Assembly: GCA_963730285.1 (NCBI GenBank)
Contig: CAVSQY010000008.1
Coordinates: 265,987-329,986, forward strand
Source: an uncultured Actinomycetes bacterium
GTDB taxonomy: Bacteria; Actinomycetota; Acidimicrobiia; Spongiisociales; ZC4RG35
Direction: 5' to 3'
DNA: 64,000 nucleotides
Under the pieces are notes generated by a model, which was given only the letters and a program-made list of their open reading frames with translations, did no database searches and was not told where the DNA came from. Position numbers and translations under genes: made by a program. The first letter of the stretch is position 1. Every line of letters begins with the position of its first letter. This document shows positions 29,534-40,035 of this stretch, piece after piece.

Positions 29534-30790
29534 TTGGTCCCGGGAGATGGAGGGTATACCCGGGCCGATGACGGGCACAATGGGGAAGTGACCACACGAG
29601 TCAAAGCCGCCCGCGACTACTGGCTCCTGTGGACAGGTTCGGGGCTGTCCAACCTCGGCGATGGGATCAGGCTCACTGCTCTTCCCCTACTCGCCGCCAC
29701 CCTCACTCGAGACCCTCTGGCCGTAAGCGGGGTGTTTGCCGCAACCACCGCCCCCTGGATTGTCTTCGGTCCAATCGGTGGCTCGCTGGTCGACCGGGGC
29801 AACCGACAACTTCTGATGGTCTGGGGCCAGTTCGCCAGAGGCCTCACCGTGGCCGGGCTCGCCGTGCTGGTCGCCAACGGCCAGGTTGCCATGTGGCATC
29901 TCTACCTTGCGGGAGTCGTGATCGGTGTCGGTGAGGTCCTGGTCGACAGCTCTTCCCAGGCGGCGATTCCGCTGCTGGCGGGCAACCTCGACCTGGAACA
30001 GGCGAACTCGAGGCTCATGGCCGCCGAGTTCGCCCTCAATGACCTGGTGGGGGGGCCGGTCGGCGCTTTCCTCTTCGCCCTGGCCGCGGCAATCCCATTT
30101 GGGGTGGACGCCGCAACCTTCTTGATCGGCGCCCTTCTCATATCTCTCATCCGAGCTCCGATGCAACAAGTGAGGGACAGCCAACACCAGACCATGCGCG
30201 CCGACATCGTCGAGGGGCTGGCCTTCGTCTGGCGACACGACCTCTTGCGGGGACTGGCCCTGGCCGTGGCGGTTGCCAACTTCAGCATGGGGGCAGGCGG
30301 GTCGGTGCTGGTCCTCCTGGCCATCGAGGAGCTCGGGCTCACCAATCCTCAGTACGGGCTGTTGGTTGGCCTGGGATCGGTCGGCGGGTTGATCGGCGCC
30401 ATGACTGCATCGCGTATCTCGTCCCGCATCGGCAGGAGGTGGACGATGACATCGGGGGCGGCACTTCTCTCGGTCGGCCAGCTGGCCATCGGCCTTTCGC
30501 CTGGAGGTGTCATGGCGGCCGTTGGCCTGACAATCGGTCTCTTCGGCGCCACCATCTTCTCGGTGGTGGGTCGCTCACTGAGACAAACCGCAAGCCCGGA
30601 CCGGCTGCTCGGCCGGGTCGTCGCATCGTTCCGCCTCATCGCCGTCGGGGCCTTGCCACTCGGTGCCCTCTTTGGTGGCTGGGTGGCCCGTCAGACCGGT
30701 CTGCGCGCGCCCTACCTGATCGGAGCCGGGCTGATCGTGGTGGCCTCGGCGGTCATCTACCGGGTCTCGACCCCCGACCGTGTCAAATGA
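29534..30790 (+). CDS. MFS transporter (12 TM, EntS/Bcr-like)
   Basis: Hydropathy typical of MFS; start codon uncertain (no in-frame ATG near the 5' end; TTG at 29534 or GTG near 29587); 3' end overlaps the convergent dxs by 8 nt. Confidence 0.7.
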   Translation: MVPGDGGYTRADDGHNGEVTTRVKAARDYWLLWTGSGLSNLGDGIRLTALPLLAATLTRDPLAVSGVFAATTAPWIVFGPIGGSLVDRGNRQLLMVWGQFARGLTVAGLAVLVANGQVAMWHLYLAGVVIGVGEVLVDSSSQAAIPLLAGNLDLEQANSRLMAAEFALNDLVGGPVGAFLFALAAAIPFGVDAATFLIGALLISLIRAPMQQVRDSQHQTMRADIVEGLAFVWRHDLLRGLALAVAVANFSMGAGGSVLVLLAIEELGLTNPQYGLLVGLGSVGGLIGAMTASRISSRIGRRWTMTSGAALLSVGQLAIGLSPGGVMAAVGLTIGLFGATIFSVVGRSLRQTASPDRLLGRVVASFRLIAVGALPLGALFGGWVARQTGLRAPYLIGAGLIVVASAVIYRVSTPDRVK

Positions 30791-32634
30791 TCTCCAAAAT
30801 CCGCTCTACGACCGAGTCGGAATCCATGCCCATGGCCTCGGCGATGTCAGTTGGCGAGCCGAAGGGAAGGAAGACGTCGGGAACCCCGATGCAGGTCACG
30901 TGCTTTACCAGACCAGCGGCGGCAAACGCTTCCATCACAGCAGCCCCAAAACCCCCTGAGACCACGTTGTCCTCGAGAGTGACCACATGGGATGCCGGGG
31001 CGGCCCACTCCAGGATCCTGGGATCGAGCGGCTTCACCCAACGGGCGTTGACCACACCGACCGACAAGCCGTTGGAGCGGAGGTCCACTGCGGCCTTCTC
31101 GGCGATCTCCACCATCCGTCCGGCGGCCAGCATCATCACATCCGATCCTTCCGAGAGGATCTCGGCCTCCCCGATCGGGATGGGCCGGGCCGGGATCGAA
31201 GGCACCGAGACCGCCGCACCCTTCGGGTAGCGGATGGCGACCGGCCCGTCGTGATCGACCGCGGTCTCGATCATGGCGCACAACTCGGATGCATCAGCTG
31301 GCACCGCGACGGCCAGGTTCGGAATCATCCTCAGATACGAAAGGTCGAACACGCCGTGATGAGATGGGCCATCGGGGCCGGTGATCCCGGCGCGATCGAT
31401 GAGGAAGGTGATCGGAAGTTGATGGAGCGCCACGTCCTCCACGATCTGGTCGAAAGCGCGTTGAAGGAAGGCCGAGTACATGGCGACCACGGGATGCTTC
31501 CCCGCCAACGCCATTCCGGCTGCCAGCGTCACCGCATGTTGCTCGGCGATCCCGGTGTCGTACACCCTGTCGGGATATCGCTGCCACATCTGCTTGAGAC
31601 CGGCTGTGGTCACCATGGCCGCCGAGACCCCAACCAGGTCGGGTCGTGTCGAGGCGGCATGCACCAGGGCTCGGCCGGCAACATCGGTCAGCTTCAGCTC
31701 GTTCTTCAGGGCGCTGTCCGGTGGCGACGTCGAAAGACCCGACACCGTGGAGCTTCTCGAGCTCGTCCTCGATGGCCGGCTGGTACCCATTCCCTTTCTC
31801 GGTGACCACATGGATGACCACCGGCTGGTCATAGCGCTTCGCCGTCTGGAAGGTCTCCTCGAGTAGTTCGATGTCGTGGCCATCGATTCGACCGGTGTAC
31901 TTGAGATCCAGTGCATCGAAGACCGTGGATGGCTCCAGGATCTGTTTGACGGCGTCTTTGAGCCTCCCGGCGAGCTCGTCTGCGGTCTCTCCGACGAGCG
32001 GCAGGCCGCGGAGCATCTTCCCGAGCGTCCTCTTGGTCTTCTCGTACCGGGGATCGAAGCGGTAGTGAGCCAGTGTGGCCAGCGCCGCCAGGCCGCCAAC
32101 GGTGGGTGCGTAGGACCGACCGTTGTCATTGACCACGATGATCAGGCGCTTCGGCTTGGTCACTGCGATGTGATTGAGGGCCTCGTAGGCCATGCCACCG
32201 GTCAGGGCGCCATCCCCGATGATCGCCACCGTGTGACCCGGATACCCGGCCAGGGCATGGCCGAGGGCGTAGGAAAGGGACGTGGAGGCGTGGCTGTTCT
32301 CGACGAAATCGTGCTCTGACTCGTCGCGGCTCGGGTAGCCCGACATGCCGCCGGTGTGACGCAGCGTGTCGAACCCACTCATCCGCCCCGTGAGGATCTT
32401 GTGCACGTATGCCTGGTGGCCCACGTCCCAGATGAAGCGGTCTTGCGGCGAGTCGAATGACCGATGGAGGGCGATGGTCAGCTCGACCACGCCAAGGTTC
32501 GGTGAGAGATGGCCTCCGGTCTTCGATACCTTGTCGAGGATGAAGGCGCGGATCTCGTCAGCCAGTTGCCTCAGCTGTTCGGACGACAGATCGCGCAGGT
32601 CTTCGGGACCGGAGATCGATTCGAGGAGTGACAT
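30783..32634 (-). pseudogene. dxs: 1-deoxy-D-xylulose-5-phosphate synthase, interrupted by a -1/+1 frameshift near 31709-31711 (pseudogene or sequence error)
   Basis: N-terminal two-thirds (MSLLESISGPEDLRDL...TPP-binding GDGALTGGMAYEALNH...FDVATGQRPE) lie in frame 31294-32634; C-terminal third (LKNELKLTDVAGRALV...DTGIAEQHAV...VGVPDVFLPFGS) continues in the frame of 30783-32129; the switch falls in a GGG/CCC run. Confidence 0.8.
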
Positions 32635-32647
32635 ATCGGTAGCGGGA

Positions 32648-34417
32648 TCAGGCTAGTGCGTCGTCTTCGCTGTCTTCGATGAGCAAAGGCAGCCGAATGG
32701 TGAAAGTCGAGCCGACACCAAGCTCACTTTCGACCTGCACAGTTCCCAGATGGCTCTCCACAACGTGTTTGACGATGGACAAGCCGAGCCCGGTGCCACC
32801 GGTGGCCCGGGCCCTTGCACTGTCGACCCGGTAGAATCTCTCAAAGATCCGATCGAGGTCGCGGGTCGGAATCCCCTCGCCCGTGTCGTTGATCCTGAGG
32901 ACTGCCTCACGGTCCTCGGCGGCCAGGCGAACGGCGATCGTGCCGTCGGCTCCGGTATACCGCACGGAGTTGTCGAGGAGATTGCGCACTGCGATCGATA
33001 TGTCGCGACCCGATCCCGCCACCCGGGTGGGGGCGAGCTCCACTTCCCAAAGGATGCCTTGGGCCTCGGCGGTGCCCCGCGCCCTCTCGACCTCATCTTT
33101 GACGAGGAGGTCGAGGAACTGGAGCTCCATTTCGGGCTCATCGCGCTCGAGGCGGGAGAGGTCGAGGAGATCGTTGACCAGCCGGTCGAGCTGACGGGCC
33201 GACCCTTCGATCCGCTGGGCGAACTGGGCCGCAGACGGGTCTCCCCTCTCCATGGCCATCTGCAGCGTGTCGGCGGCGGCGATGATGGCAGACACCGGGG
33301 TCTTCAGCTCATGAGACGCATTGGCGACAAAGTCCCGCCTCACCGAGGCCGTCCGTGTTCGCTCGGTCACGTCGTCGACGACCAGGAGTATCCGCTCGTC
33401 GTCATCGAGCGGGCTGGCCACACCCTGCAACTTTCTCACGGGCTTGCCGTGGTCCACCAGGATGGCCACGGGTGTGCGATCGATGCGGGACTCTCTCACC
33501 GCAGTCTGCAGGGGGAATGGCGCCAACCCGGAGAGGGTGGCCGGTACCGCTCCGAGGAGCTGGCCGGCCGAGGGGTTGGCATATATGACTTGATCGTTGG
33601 CCCCGATCAGCAGGGTGGCCTGGGACAAGGCGCCGAGCACGGCTTGGAGGGTGGCAGTGGCGTCCCTTGCATCGATCAGACGGTCGCGGCTCTGTCGGTC
33701 GAGCTCTTCGATGGCGCGGCCCAGCTGATCCAACTCCAGGACTGGCGATTGTCGCAGCCCCTCGAGATCCGAGCCGGCCGCCAGCGAAAGGGTCTGTTCG
33801 GTCAGCCTTGAGATCGGGGCTGCCAAGCGACGAGCGAGCAGGCCAACGATGGCAATCCCGAACAGCCCGACGAATGAAGCGATCAGGAGAACGGAACGGC
33901 GCAGAGGCTGGGTGTTCTGGGCCAACTCCTCCGAAGACCAGGAAAGCCGCAACACGAGGCCATCACCGGCAGGGACAGCCACGTAATGTTGTTCGTACCC
34001 GGTGCTGATGCTGAGCCTGGTCGCACGTCCGACTCCGCCCGCCTGCGCTGCCTGCACCTCGGGCCGGTCGGAGTGGTTCTCCATCACCGCCGGATCCTGA
34101 TGCGAGTCGGCCAGGACCACGCCGTCTGGATCGATGATGGTCAGGCGATAGCCACTCACGTCCGACATCTGGTCGACCCAAGTCTGGAACTGCGCCGGTT
34201 CATCGGGCATCCCGGCCCTCGCCAGGAAGACATCGGTCTGGAGACGGTTTACCAGGGTCTTGGTGAAGGTGCTCTCGGCCGACTGGAGGATGAACCACCC
34301 CATGGCACCGATCAGGACTACGTAGGCAAATGCGTAATAGACCAGGAATCTGGATGCGAGCGGTGTGCTTCCCCGCTCGCTAATTCGGTTCATCCATGAA
34401 TTTGTAGCCGAGTCCAC
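32648..34417 (-). CDS. Sensor histidine kinase, PhoR/SenX3-like (TM, PAS-like, HisKA, HATPase_c)
   Basis: H-box ANASHELKTPVSAI, N/G boxes (LLDNSVRYT, NDTGEGIP, GGTGLGLSIV); overlaps the response-regulator gene; adjacent to phoU-pst. Confidence 0.88.
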   Translation of the reverse strand: MDSATNSWMNRISERGSTPLASRFLVYYAFAYVVLIGAMGWFILQSAESTFTKTLVNRLQTDVFLARAGMPDEPAQFQTWVDQMSDVSGYRLTIIDPDGVVLADSHQDPAVMENHSDRPEVQAAQAGGVGRATRLSISTGYEQHYVAVPAGDGLVLRLSWSSEELAQNTQPLRRSVLLIASFVGLFGIAIVGLLARRLAAPISRLTEQTLSLAAGSDLEGLRQSPVLELDQLGRAIEELDRQSRDRLIDARDATATLQAVLGALSQATLLIGANDQVIYANPSAGQLLGAVPATLSGLAPFPLQTAVRESRIDRTPVAILVDHGKPVRKLQGVASPLDDDERILLVVDDVTERTRTASVRRDFVANASHELKTPVSAIIAAADTLQMAMERGDPSAAQFAQRIEGSARQLDRLVNDLLDLSRLERDEPEMELQFLDLLVKDEVERARGTAEAQGILWEVELAPTRVAGSGRDISIAVRNLLDNSVRYTGADGTIAVRLAAEDREAVLRINDTGEGIPTRDLDRIFERFYRVDSARARATGGTGLGLSIVKHVVESHLGTVQVESELGVGSTFTIRLPLLIEDSEDDALA

Positions 34418-35102
34418 GCACGGTGACGATGTGGACCGGCTTGGACGGGTCGGTCTCGAGCTTTTGTCGGAGGCGCTTGATGTGCACGTCCAGCGTCTTG
34501 GTGTCTCCGAAATAGCTCGGTCCCCACACCTCGTCGATCAACGCGTGACGCGCGGCAAGCCGGTTCTTTCGCCTCATCAAAGACTCGAGGAGCTCGAATT
34601 CCTTGGGTCGTAGATCGACTGCCTCGCCATTCACCCTCATCTCATGGGCGTCGATGTCCAGCTCGATCCGGCCACCCCGGAGTATCTCGTTGGACACGGC
34701 CAGCACACCGCTCTTGCCCGCCCGCCGCAGATGCGCCCGAACCCGTGCGGTGAGCTCGCGCATGGAGAACGGTTTGGTGACATAGTCGTCAGCACCCAAT
34801 TCCAGCCCGGCCACCTTGTCGGACTCGGCATCCTTGGCCGTCAACATGATTATCGGGACATCCGAGCCGGCCCGGATCTGCCTGCACACATCCAATCCGG
34901 ACATGCCCGGGAGCATGAGGTCGAGGAGGACCAGGTCGGGTTGATGCGAACGGGCCAACTCCAGCCCGCCCACGCCTGACTCGGCGACCAACACCTCGAA
35001 CCCCTCCGCTCCCAGCGCATATTTGACCGACTCGGCAAGACCGGGCTCGTCCTCGACTATGAGAACACGATGCCTGCGACTCTCAATCGGAGACAGCGTC
35101 AC
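34380..35102 (-). CDS. OmpR/PhoB-family response regulator, PhoP/RegX3-like
   Basis: Receiver (VLIVEDEP...LVLLDLMLPGMSG...TAKD) plus winged-helix Trans_reg_C (LTVRGLGYKF); sits between phoU and the histidine kinase. Confidence 0.9.
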   Translation of the reverse strand: MTLSPIESRRHRVLIVEDEPGLAESVKYALGAEGFEVLVAESGVGGLELARSHQPDLVLLDLMLPGMSGLDVCRQIRAGSDVPIIMLTAKDAESDKVAGLELGADDYVTKPFSMRELTARVRAHLRRAGKSGVLAVSNEILRGGRIELDIDAHEMRVNGEAVDLRPKEFELLESLMRRKNRLAARHALIDEVWGPSYFGDTKTLDVHIKRLRQKLETDPSKPVHIVTVRGLGYKFMDEPN

Positions 35103-35793
35103 CGGCCGACCCGCTGAGCCCCGCCTCGTTGAACTCCGCTCTCTCCCCGGTGATCAGGTACACCGTCTGCTCGGCGAAGTCCACTGCCTGGTCGCCTATA
35201 CGCTCCAGGGCCCTGGCCGCCATCATCATCTTGGTTGCCCACTCGAGCATCTCCCGGTTGGACGCCACTGCCACCGTTTCCTTGTACATGTTGGCATTGA
35301 GCCGGTCCACCGGCTGGTCCATTGCCGGGAGCAACCGAGCCTCGTCGACATCACGTCGCACATATGCCTCGATGGCGGTGCGGATCATGGGACGCACCAG
35401 ATCGCCCATCTCCCTGATCTGGTCGCAGATGCGGGCGACCGGTGGCAGGCCCTCGTTGAACTCGGCGATCTTGGCGATGTTGACGCACTGGTCACCCATG
35501 CGCTCGAAGGTGACGTTGAGGTGGAGGAGGACGCTCATCTTCCTCAGATCGGAGCCCAGCGGCTGAAATCGGGCCATCAGATGTGTCCATTGGTTGTGGA
35601 CGTCGAAATAGGTCCGGTCGATCTCGTCGTCACGCTCCACCACCTCGCGGGCCAGGTCGAGATCGCCGGTTGTGGCCGCCTCGACAGCCATCTCGACCAT
35701 TTGCACCGCCCGGTCGACCACGCTGAGGACCGCCTGCTCCAGGCTCTCCAACCCCTGGTGGAAGTGGAGATTGATGTCTTGAAGGTCGGTCAT
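35083..35793 (-). CDS. phoU: Phosphate signalling complex protein PhoU
   Basis: Two PhoU repeats with conserved E/D..R motifs ([14 protein letters not shown]; [16 protein letters not shown]). Confidence 0.9.
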   Translation of the reverse strand: MTDLQDINLHFHQGLESLEQAVLSVVDRAVQMVEMAVEAATTGDLDLAREVVERDDEIDRTYFDVHNQWTHLMARFQPLGSDLRKMSVLLHLNVTFERMGDQCVNIAKIAEFNEGLPPVARICDQIREMGDLVRPMIRTAIEAYVRRDVDEARLLPAMDQPVDRLNANMYKETVAVASNREMLEWATKMMMAARALERIGDQAVDFAEQTVYLITGERAEFNEAGLSGSAGDAVSD

Positions 35794-36794
35794 CCGAATC
35801 TCCCGGTTATGTAGTCCTCGGTCTCCTGCTCCTGCGGAGAAGTGAAGAGCTGATCCGTTTCCAAGAACTCAATCAGTCGGCCGGTGCGCATTCCCTCGTC
35901 ACTGAGCTTGATATTGAAGAAGGCCGTCTTGTCCGAGACGCGGGCGGCTTGCTGCATGTTGTGAGTCACGATGATGATCGAGTACTGCTTCTTCAACTCG
36001 AGCATCAGTTCCTCGATCCTCAGGGTAGCTATGGGGTCGAGCGCCGACGCCGGCTCGTCCATCAGGACGACGTCGGGACTGGTCGCGATAGCCCGGGCGA
36101 TGCAGAGTCGCTGCTGCTGGCCACCGGAAAGCGAGTAGCCGCTCTCGCTCAGCTTGTCCTTGACCTCGTCCCAAAGAGCAGCCGACTCGAGCGCATGCTG
36201 GACGAGTTCGTCCATCTCGGCCTTGCCCTTGGCTGCGCCGTTGATCTTGGCGCCCCAAGCCACGTTTTCATAGATGGATTTGGGGAACGGGTTCGGCTTC
36301 TGAAAGACCATCCCGATGCGTCGCCTTATCTCGACCGGGTCGATCTCGGGGTCGTATATGTTCTCGCCGTGGTAGCGGACGGCACCAGTCACCCGTGCGG
36401 CCGGAATGAGGTCGTTCATCCGATTCAAGGACCGCAACACGGTCGATTTGCCACAACCCGAGGGGCCGATGAGGGCCGTGATCTGCTGTGCATGGAAGTC
36501 CATGGTCACCGCGTCGACCACGCGGAACGACCCGTAGTACACCTCCATGCCCTCGGTTGCGATCACTGTCGCTTTCGAGGCAGGAACAGATTCTCGTTGG
36601 TCCTGGCGGGCAGAGCCCCCAGGCTCACCAACCTGGCCGTCATCACCCGGCGCGGCCGTCGGGACTTCGCTCGAGGTGCTCTCGGACTGCGTCTCGTTGG
36701 TCAAGTCGATCTCCTGGGTCGCTGAGTGCTCGTAGCTGCTCTTGGTCGACATCTCTCTGACGGTTTCCCTATTGCTGGACTTCGGATCGGCCAC
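35790..36794 (-). CDS. pstB: Phosphate ABC transporter ATP-binding protein PstB with ~75-aa low-complexity N-terminal extension
   Basis: [48 protein letters not shown]; the N-terminus ([49 protein letters not shown]) is unusual for PstB. Confidence 0.9.
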   Translation of the reverse strand: MADPKSSNRETVREMSTKSSYEHSATQEIDLTNETQSESTSSEVPTAAPGDDGQVGEPGGSARQDQRESVPASKATVIATEGMEVYYGSFRVVDAVTMDFHAQQITALIGPSGCGKSTVLRSLNRMNDLIPAARVTGAVRYHGENIYDPEIDPVEIRRRIGMVFQKPNPFPKSIYENVAWGAKINGAAKGKAEMDELVQHALESAALWDEVKDKLSESGYSLSGGQQQRLCIARAIATSPDVVLMDEPASALDPIATLRIEELMLELKKQYSIIIVTHNMQQAARVSDKTAFFNIKLSDEGMRTGRLIEFLETDQLFTSPQEQETEDYITGRFG

Positions 36795-37686
36795 TCAACG
36801 TGCGAGCAGCAATTGTGATGATCAGGACCAGGAGCATCAGCTCCAATGCGCCGGCCCATGCCCTGGCGTGGGCCGCTTCGAACGGCCCGCGGGCCTCATT
36901 GTAAATGATCAGCGGCAGCGCCGACTGGGGCGCGCTGATCAGGTTGGGGACGACAGTGAAGGCACCGAGCGCGGTCAACAAAAGCGGTGCCGTCTCCCCC
37001 GCGGCCCGGCCAATTGCCAGCATCGAACCTGTGACAAGGCCGCTCGAAGCCGTTGGGAGCACGATCTGGGTGACCACCTGCCACCTTCGAGCGCCCAGCC
37101 CGTAGGCGGCGTTGCGAAGGTCGTCGGGCACCAGGCGAAGCACCTCCTCGGCGGTCCTGGCGACGATCGGCATCATCAACAGGCTCAGGGCCAGCCCACC
37201 GGCGAGGGTGGAGAACCCGATCGAGAACCCGATGTTGCCCTGAACCAGAAGGGCGTATATGTATAGGCCGATGAATATCGACGGGACGCCGGTCATGACG
37301 TCGGTGAAGAATTGGATGAAAGGCGCCAGTTTGGCGTCCTTGTACTCGACGACGTAGGTCGCCGCTCCCACACCGAGCGGCACTGCGACCAGGCTGGCGA
37401 TCAGGACCATGTAGAGGGTGCCCACCAGACCGTTGAGGTATCCCCCACCCACGGTCCGTTGTGAGAAGATCTGAGTCGAGGTCAAGAACTCCCAGTTCAT
37501 CGCACCTATGCCCCTCCGGATCACTTCGATGAGGATCAGCACGATCGGGATCAAGGCAAGAACGACGGCGAGCACCAGGATCCCTGTCATCAGCCTGTTT
37601 CTGCGGTTCCGCTTGGCCGCGTTTGGGGTCCGCTCCTTGAGCGAACGAATTCGATCAGGAGGGCGGCTTTCGACTGTCACAGTCAT
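36769..37686 (-). CDS. pstA: Phosphate ABC transporter permease PstA
   Basis: Six-TM permease with EAA loop ([26 protein letters not shown]). Confidence 0.9.
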   Translation of the reverse strand: MTVTVESRPPDRIRSLKERTPNAAKRNRRNRLMTGILVLAVVLALIPIVLILIEVIRRGIGAMNWEFLTSTQIFSQRTVGGGYLNGLVGTLYMVLIASLVAVPLGVGAATYVVEYKDAKLAPFIQFFTDVMTGVPSIFIGLYIYALLVQGNIGFSIGFSTLAGGLALSLLMMPIVARTAEEVLRLVPDDLRNAAYGLGARRWQVVTQIVLPTASSGLVTGSMLAIGRAAGETAPLLLTALGAFTVVPNLISAPQSALPLIIYNEARGPFEAAHARAWAGALELMLLVLIITIAARTLSGRSEVQQ

Positions 37687-38678
37687 ACGCTGGCGTCTCC
37701 CATCACCCGGCCACCTGTCAGCATCACAATGCCTCGGGCGATCATGTTGACGATCACCGTGATGACGAAGAGGAGCACCCCGACACCGATCAACGCCCTG
37801 ACATTCTCTGGCGCCGCCTCCTGGAAGGTGATGGCGATGATCCCTGCCATCGACTGGCCACCGAGAAAGACACTGTCCGGGATCTGCTTGGCGCCACCGA
37901 TGAGCATGGCCACCGCGATGGTCTCACCCAGTGCCCTGCCGAGCCCCAGCATGGTGGCACCGATGATCCCGGGCCTCGCCCTGGGTAGGACGATGAACTT
38001 CATCATCTCCCACCGGGTCGCTCCGAGCCCGTATGCCGCCTGAATCTCGGAATCCGGTGTCTTCGACATCACCTCACGAGTGACGGCGGTGATGATGGGG
38101 AGGACCATGATCGACAACACCACGCCGGCGGCGAAGTAGTTGTAGGTGACAACGGGGGGTGCGAGAAATGGGATGAACCTCCCCAGGCTGTCGCCAATGA
38201 ATTCCATCGCCGGCCGAAGCACGACAGGTACGAAGAAGAGGAGCCCCCAGAGGCCGTAAACGACGCTGGGGACGGCTGCGAGCAACTCGATGGCATATGA
38301 GAGTGGCTTGCGGATTCGTCGTCCGGCCACATTGGTCAGATAGAGCGCAGTTCCAACGGCCAGTGGCACCGCTATGAGAAGAGCGATCCCTGATGTGACG
38401 AGTGTGCCGACGATGAAGGCCAGGGCTCCGTATTCCCCCGTGATCTCAGTGCGCGAGGTGCCGGGATCCCAAGTGGACCCGGTGACGAAGTTCCAACCCT
38501 CCTTCTGAAACACCGGCCAGGCATCGATCGCGGTGGAGATGAGCATGGTGGCGAGGATGATGAGGACGCTGGCGCCGGCCAGGGCCAGGAGCCGTCGAAA
38601 CCACTTGTCGGCGCCGGACTGCTTTCCGGTCAGGAGCGGACGCCGGGCCGGGGCCTGCTCTTGGTCGGTAGCTGTCAC
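37683..38678 (-). CDS. pstC: Phosphate ABC transporter permease PstC
   Basis: EAA loop (SEIQAAYGLGATRWEMMKFIVLPRARPG); ATGA overlap with pstA. Confidence 0.9.
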   Translation of the reverse strand: MTATDQEQAPARRPLLTGKQSGADKWFRRLLALAGASVLIILATMLISTAIDAWPVFQKEGWNFVTGSTWDPGTSRTEITGEYGALAFIVGTLVTSGIALLIAVPLAVGTALYLTNVAGRRIRKPLSYAIELLAAVPSVVYGLWGLLFFVPVVLRPAMEFIGDSLGRFIPFLAPPVVTYNYFAAGVVLSIMVLPIITAVTREVMSKTPDSEIQAAYGLGATRWEMMKFIVLPRARPGIIGATMLGLGRALGETIAVAMLIGGAKQIPDSVFLGGQSMAGIIAITFQEAAPENVRALIGVGVLLFVITVIVNMIARGIVMLTGGRVMGDASV

Positions 38679-38776
38679 GGTTGGTCAGTCTCCTGGCTGT
38701 CGGTTCGCCGGTCACGGAGGCCCCGAAAATGAGGCCCCCGAAACCTAGTTGCGAGCTGGTGTGCAGGTCTCGCCGA

Positions 38777-39865
38777 TCAGCCCTGTGAGTTGACCAGATC
38801 GAGCTTGGCCAGAGCCTTCTCCTCGAGTGAGGCGGGCAGTGGCGCATAGCCCAGCTCCTCGGCCAGGGAGTCTCCTTGGGTCAGGTCCCAGGTGATCCAG
38901 CCCTTGAGGGCAGCGGCGATGTTGTCCTCGTAACCACAGCTCCAGAGCAACAGCCATGTGGCACCGGCAATCGGATAACCGTCGCCACCGACGCCGAGGA
39001 TGTTGAAGCGGAGGTCGTCGGGGATCTCGATCCCGTCGGCCGCGGCAGCCGTCGACTCCAGGGTCGGGGTAATGGCGTTCCCGTCGGCGTTGATCATGTC
39101 GGCCACGGGGATCCCGGTCTCCAGCGCATAGGACAGCTCGATGTAACCGATTGCACCGGGGTTCTGCTGGATCTGGGCGGCGACACCGTCGTTCTTCTCA
39201 CCACCAACCGAGTTGGGGGCGGGCCACTCGACCTCTTTGCCCGCACCGGGACCGTTGGCCCAGGCATCCGACACATCGCTCAAATAGGTGGTGAAGATGC
39301 TGGTTGTTCCGGAGCCATCGGAGCGGTGGGCCACGATTATCGGCTCATCCGGCAACGAGACACCATCGTTCAGTGCGGCGATGGCAGGATCACTCCAGTT
39401 GTCGATGTTGCCCAGGAAGACATCGGCCAATGTGGGCCCGTCGAGAGTCAGCGAATCGACACCGTCGAGGTTGTAGCCGAGTGACACCGCGCCAAACACG
39501 GTCGGGACGTGGATCGCGTCGCAACCGCGAGCGTCCTGCGCAGCGGCGACCTCGTCGTCCTTGAGAAAAGCGTCCGACGCGCCGAAGTCGGTCTGTTGAC
39601 CGATGAACTGCTCGACACCCCCGCCAGAGCCGATCGACTGGTAGTTGATCGAGATACCGGGCTGCACATTGGCTGTGTACTCCCCGATCCACTCCTGATA
39701 TATCGGGTCCGGGAACGATGCTCCCGCACCGAGGAGATCGGCCGAGAGGTCCGTGCCGCCGGACCCGGCCGTGGTGGTGGTGTCGCCACTGCTGCCGCCA
39801 CAAGCGGCCACAACGAGCGCGAACACGGCCAGCGCTGCGATGAAACGCGCGATTCGGGGACTCAT
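38777..39865 (-). CDS. pstS: Phosphate-binding lipoprotein PstS
   Basis: Lipobox (LAVFALVVAACGG), PBP-like fold (GAGASFPDPIYQEW, AHRSDGSGTT). Confidence 0.9.
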   Translation of the reverse strand: MSPRIARFIAALAVFALVVAACGGSSGDTTTTAGSGGTDLSADLLGAGASFPDPIYQEWIGEYTANVQPGISINYQSIGSGGGVEQFIGQQTDFGASDAFLKDDEVAAAQDARGCDAIHVPTVFGAVSLGYNLDGVDSLTLDGPTLADVFLGNIDNWSDPAIAALNDGVSLPDEPIIVAHRSDGSGTTSIFTTYLSDVSDAWANGPGAGKEVEWPAPNSVGGEKNDGVAAQIQQNPGAIGYIELSYALETGIPVADMINADGNAITPTLESTAAAADGIEIPDDLRFNILGVGGDGYPIAGATWLLLWSCGYEDNIAAALKGWITWDLTQGDSLAEELGYAPLPASLEEKALAKLDLVNSQG

Positions 39866-39966
39866 CCCGTTTAGCTCCTTGATAGGGATCGATTTTCATC
39901 TCGGGCCATGGGAAAGCCCCCAGGCCCACCTGCAACGTAGGTTGTCCCCTTAACCACCCTCTGACC

Positions 39967-39988
39967 CCACGGTGAACGGCAGGTGAAC
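39967..39988 (-). promoter_or_regulatory. PHO box: two 11-nt direct repeat units GTTCACCtgcc / GTTCACCgtgg upstream of pstS
   Basis: Two tandem GTTCACC cores spaced exactly 11 bp apart, about 100 nt upstream of the pstS ATG; matches the actinobacterial PhoP direct-repeat-unit consensus. Confidence 0.6.
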
Positions 39989-40035
39989 GTTTTCTTCGAG
40001 TCTGGGCCGCCTCGAACGGCGGTTCTAAGGGCGTT

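Noticed and set aside
38679-38776. Direct repeat GGCCCCGAAAA / GGCCCCCGAAAC in the pstS-pstC intergenic spacer
   Set aside because: Two short copies only and no inverted partner. It is possibly an mRNA processing or stability element typical of pstS-pstC spacers, but it is not interpretable from sequence alone.
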